This document shows, one piece after another, positions 14,063-15,192 of a DNA stretch of 15,192 nucleotides. The DNA is taken from assembly GCA_964229335.1 (NCBI GenBank), contig CAXRCZ010000010.1:1-15192 (forward strand). Reading direction: 5' to 3'. This DNA comes from Minisyncoccia bacterium. Its GTDB lineage: Bacteria > Patescibacteriota > Minisyncoccia > Phycocordibacterales > UBA918. Positions within the stretch are counted from its first letter, which is position 1, and each line of letters begins with the position of its first letter. The translations under genes were made by a program, and so were the position numbers. The notes below the pieces were generated by a model. It did not search any database and was not told the DNA's origin. It worked only from the letters and a program-made list of their open reading frames with translations.

Positions 14063-14477
14063 GCACGTATTTATGAGTCCTGAGAAAAAAGCCACGTCGT
14101 AGCACCAACATTCGCTCTGCGATTTTTGTGCCGCGACGAGTCGCGGCTTTTTTCTTCACAACTCAAGGGGATGCGAGTTTCATTGACATTTGCATATTCA
14201 AGAACACGGTTAATAAGACCGTGTTCGAAAAGACCTCTGGGAATCGACGCCCGGAGGCACTGAACAAATCACTCAGTGATTTGTTCAGCAGGTAACGTTT
14301 GTCTGGTAAAGACAAAGCACTTTCGGGTGCGGGTCTTTTCGTCCCAGACAAACATTGTCGCGAGCTTCATGGCGAGAGGGACTTGTCTTTTTCTCCATGA
14401 AGCTCGCGACTACACACAGTCCGGAGTATGTATCTCCGGACGACACTCAAAATTATGTACAGCGGTGTACAGCGTTC
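14063..14477 (+). other. Structured 5' leader (external transcribed spacer) of the 23S rRNA
   Basis: Series of strong hairpins; no 16S 3' end and no tRNA recognisable. Confidence 0.65.

Positions 14478-15192
<715 letters not shown>

Noticed and set aside
14063-14477. tRNA genes or a CRISPR array in the hairpin-rich rRNA leader
   Set aside because: No cloverleaf with a TTC loop/CCA; the hairpins differ in sequence, so there are no direct repeats with spacers, and no cas genes are present

Overview
A chromosomal window that looks like a Patescibacteria/CPR (Parcubacteria-like) genome; this assignment is inferred from gene content, the EF-P loop, the CPR-type surface protein and SD-less starts. 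In order it holds: three small ORFs, each with its own promoter, RBS and terminator; efp (-); a 4-TM hypothetical; an ftsK-Ig-like-recA operon (-); and a divergent helical-bundle/winged-HTH gene whose promoter and CDS are dense in AGACA/TGTCT motifs. Next come a ~900-bp non-coding region with two promoters and a ~500-nt highly structured RNA leading into a very acidic peptidoglycan-binding surface (S-layer-like) protein, a 31-aa leaderless ORF, DUF1360 and a RAYT HUH transposase flanked by REP-like hairpins. The window ends with L10 leader-rplJ-rplL, an MscS/CmpX-type TM protein, a wHTH protein and the 5' part of a 23S rRNA gene. That 23S gene has its own promoter (no 16S or tRNA upstream), a hairpin-packed leader with a terminator/antiterminator pair, and a ~90-nt four-way-junction insertion in helix 12. 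All structure and motif counts were made by eye; no database searches were run.
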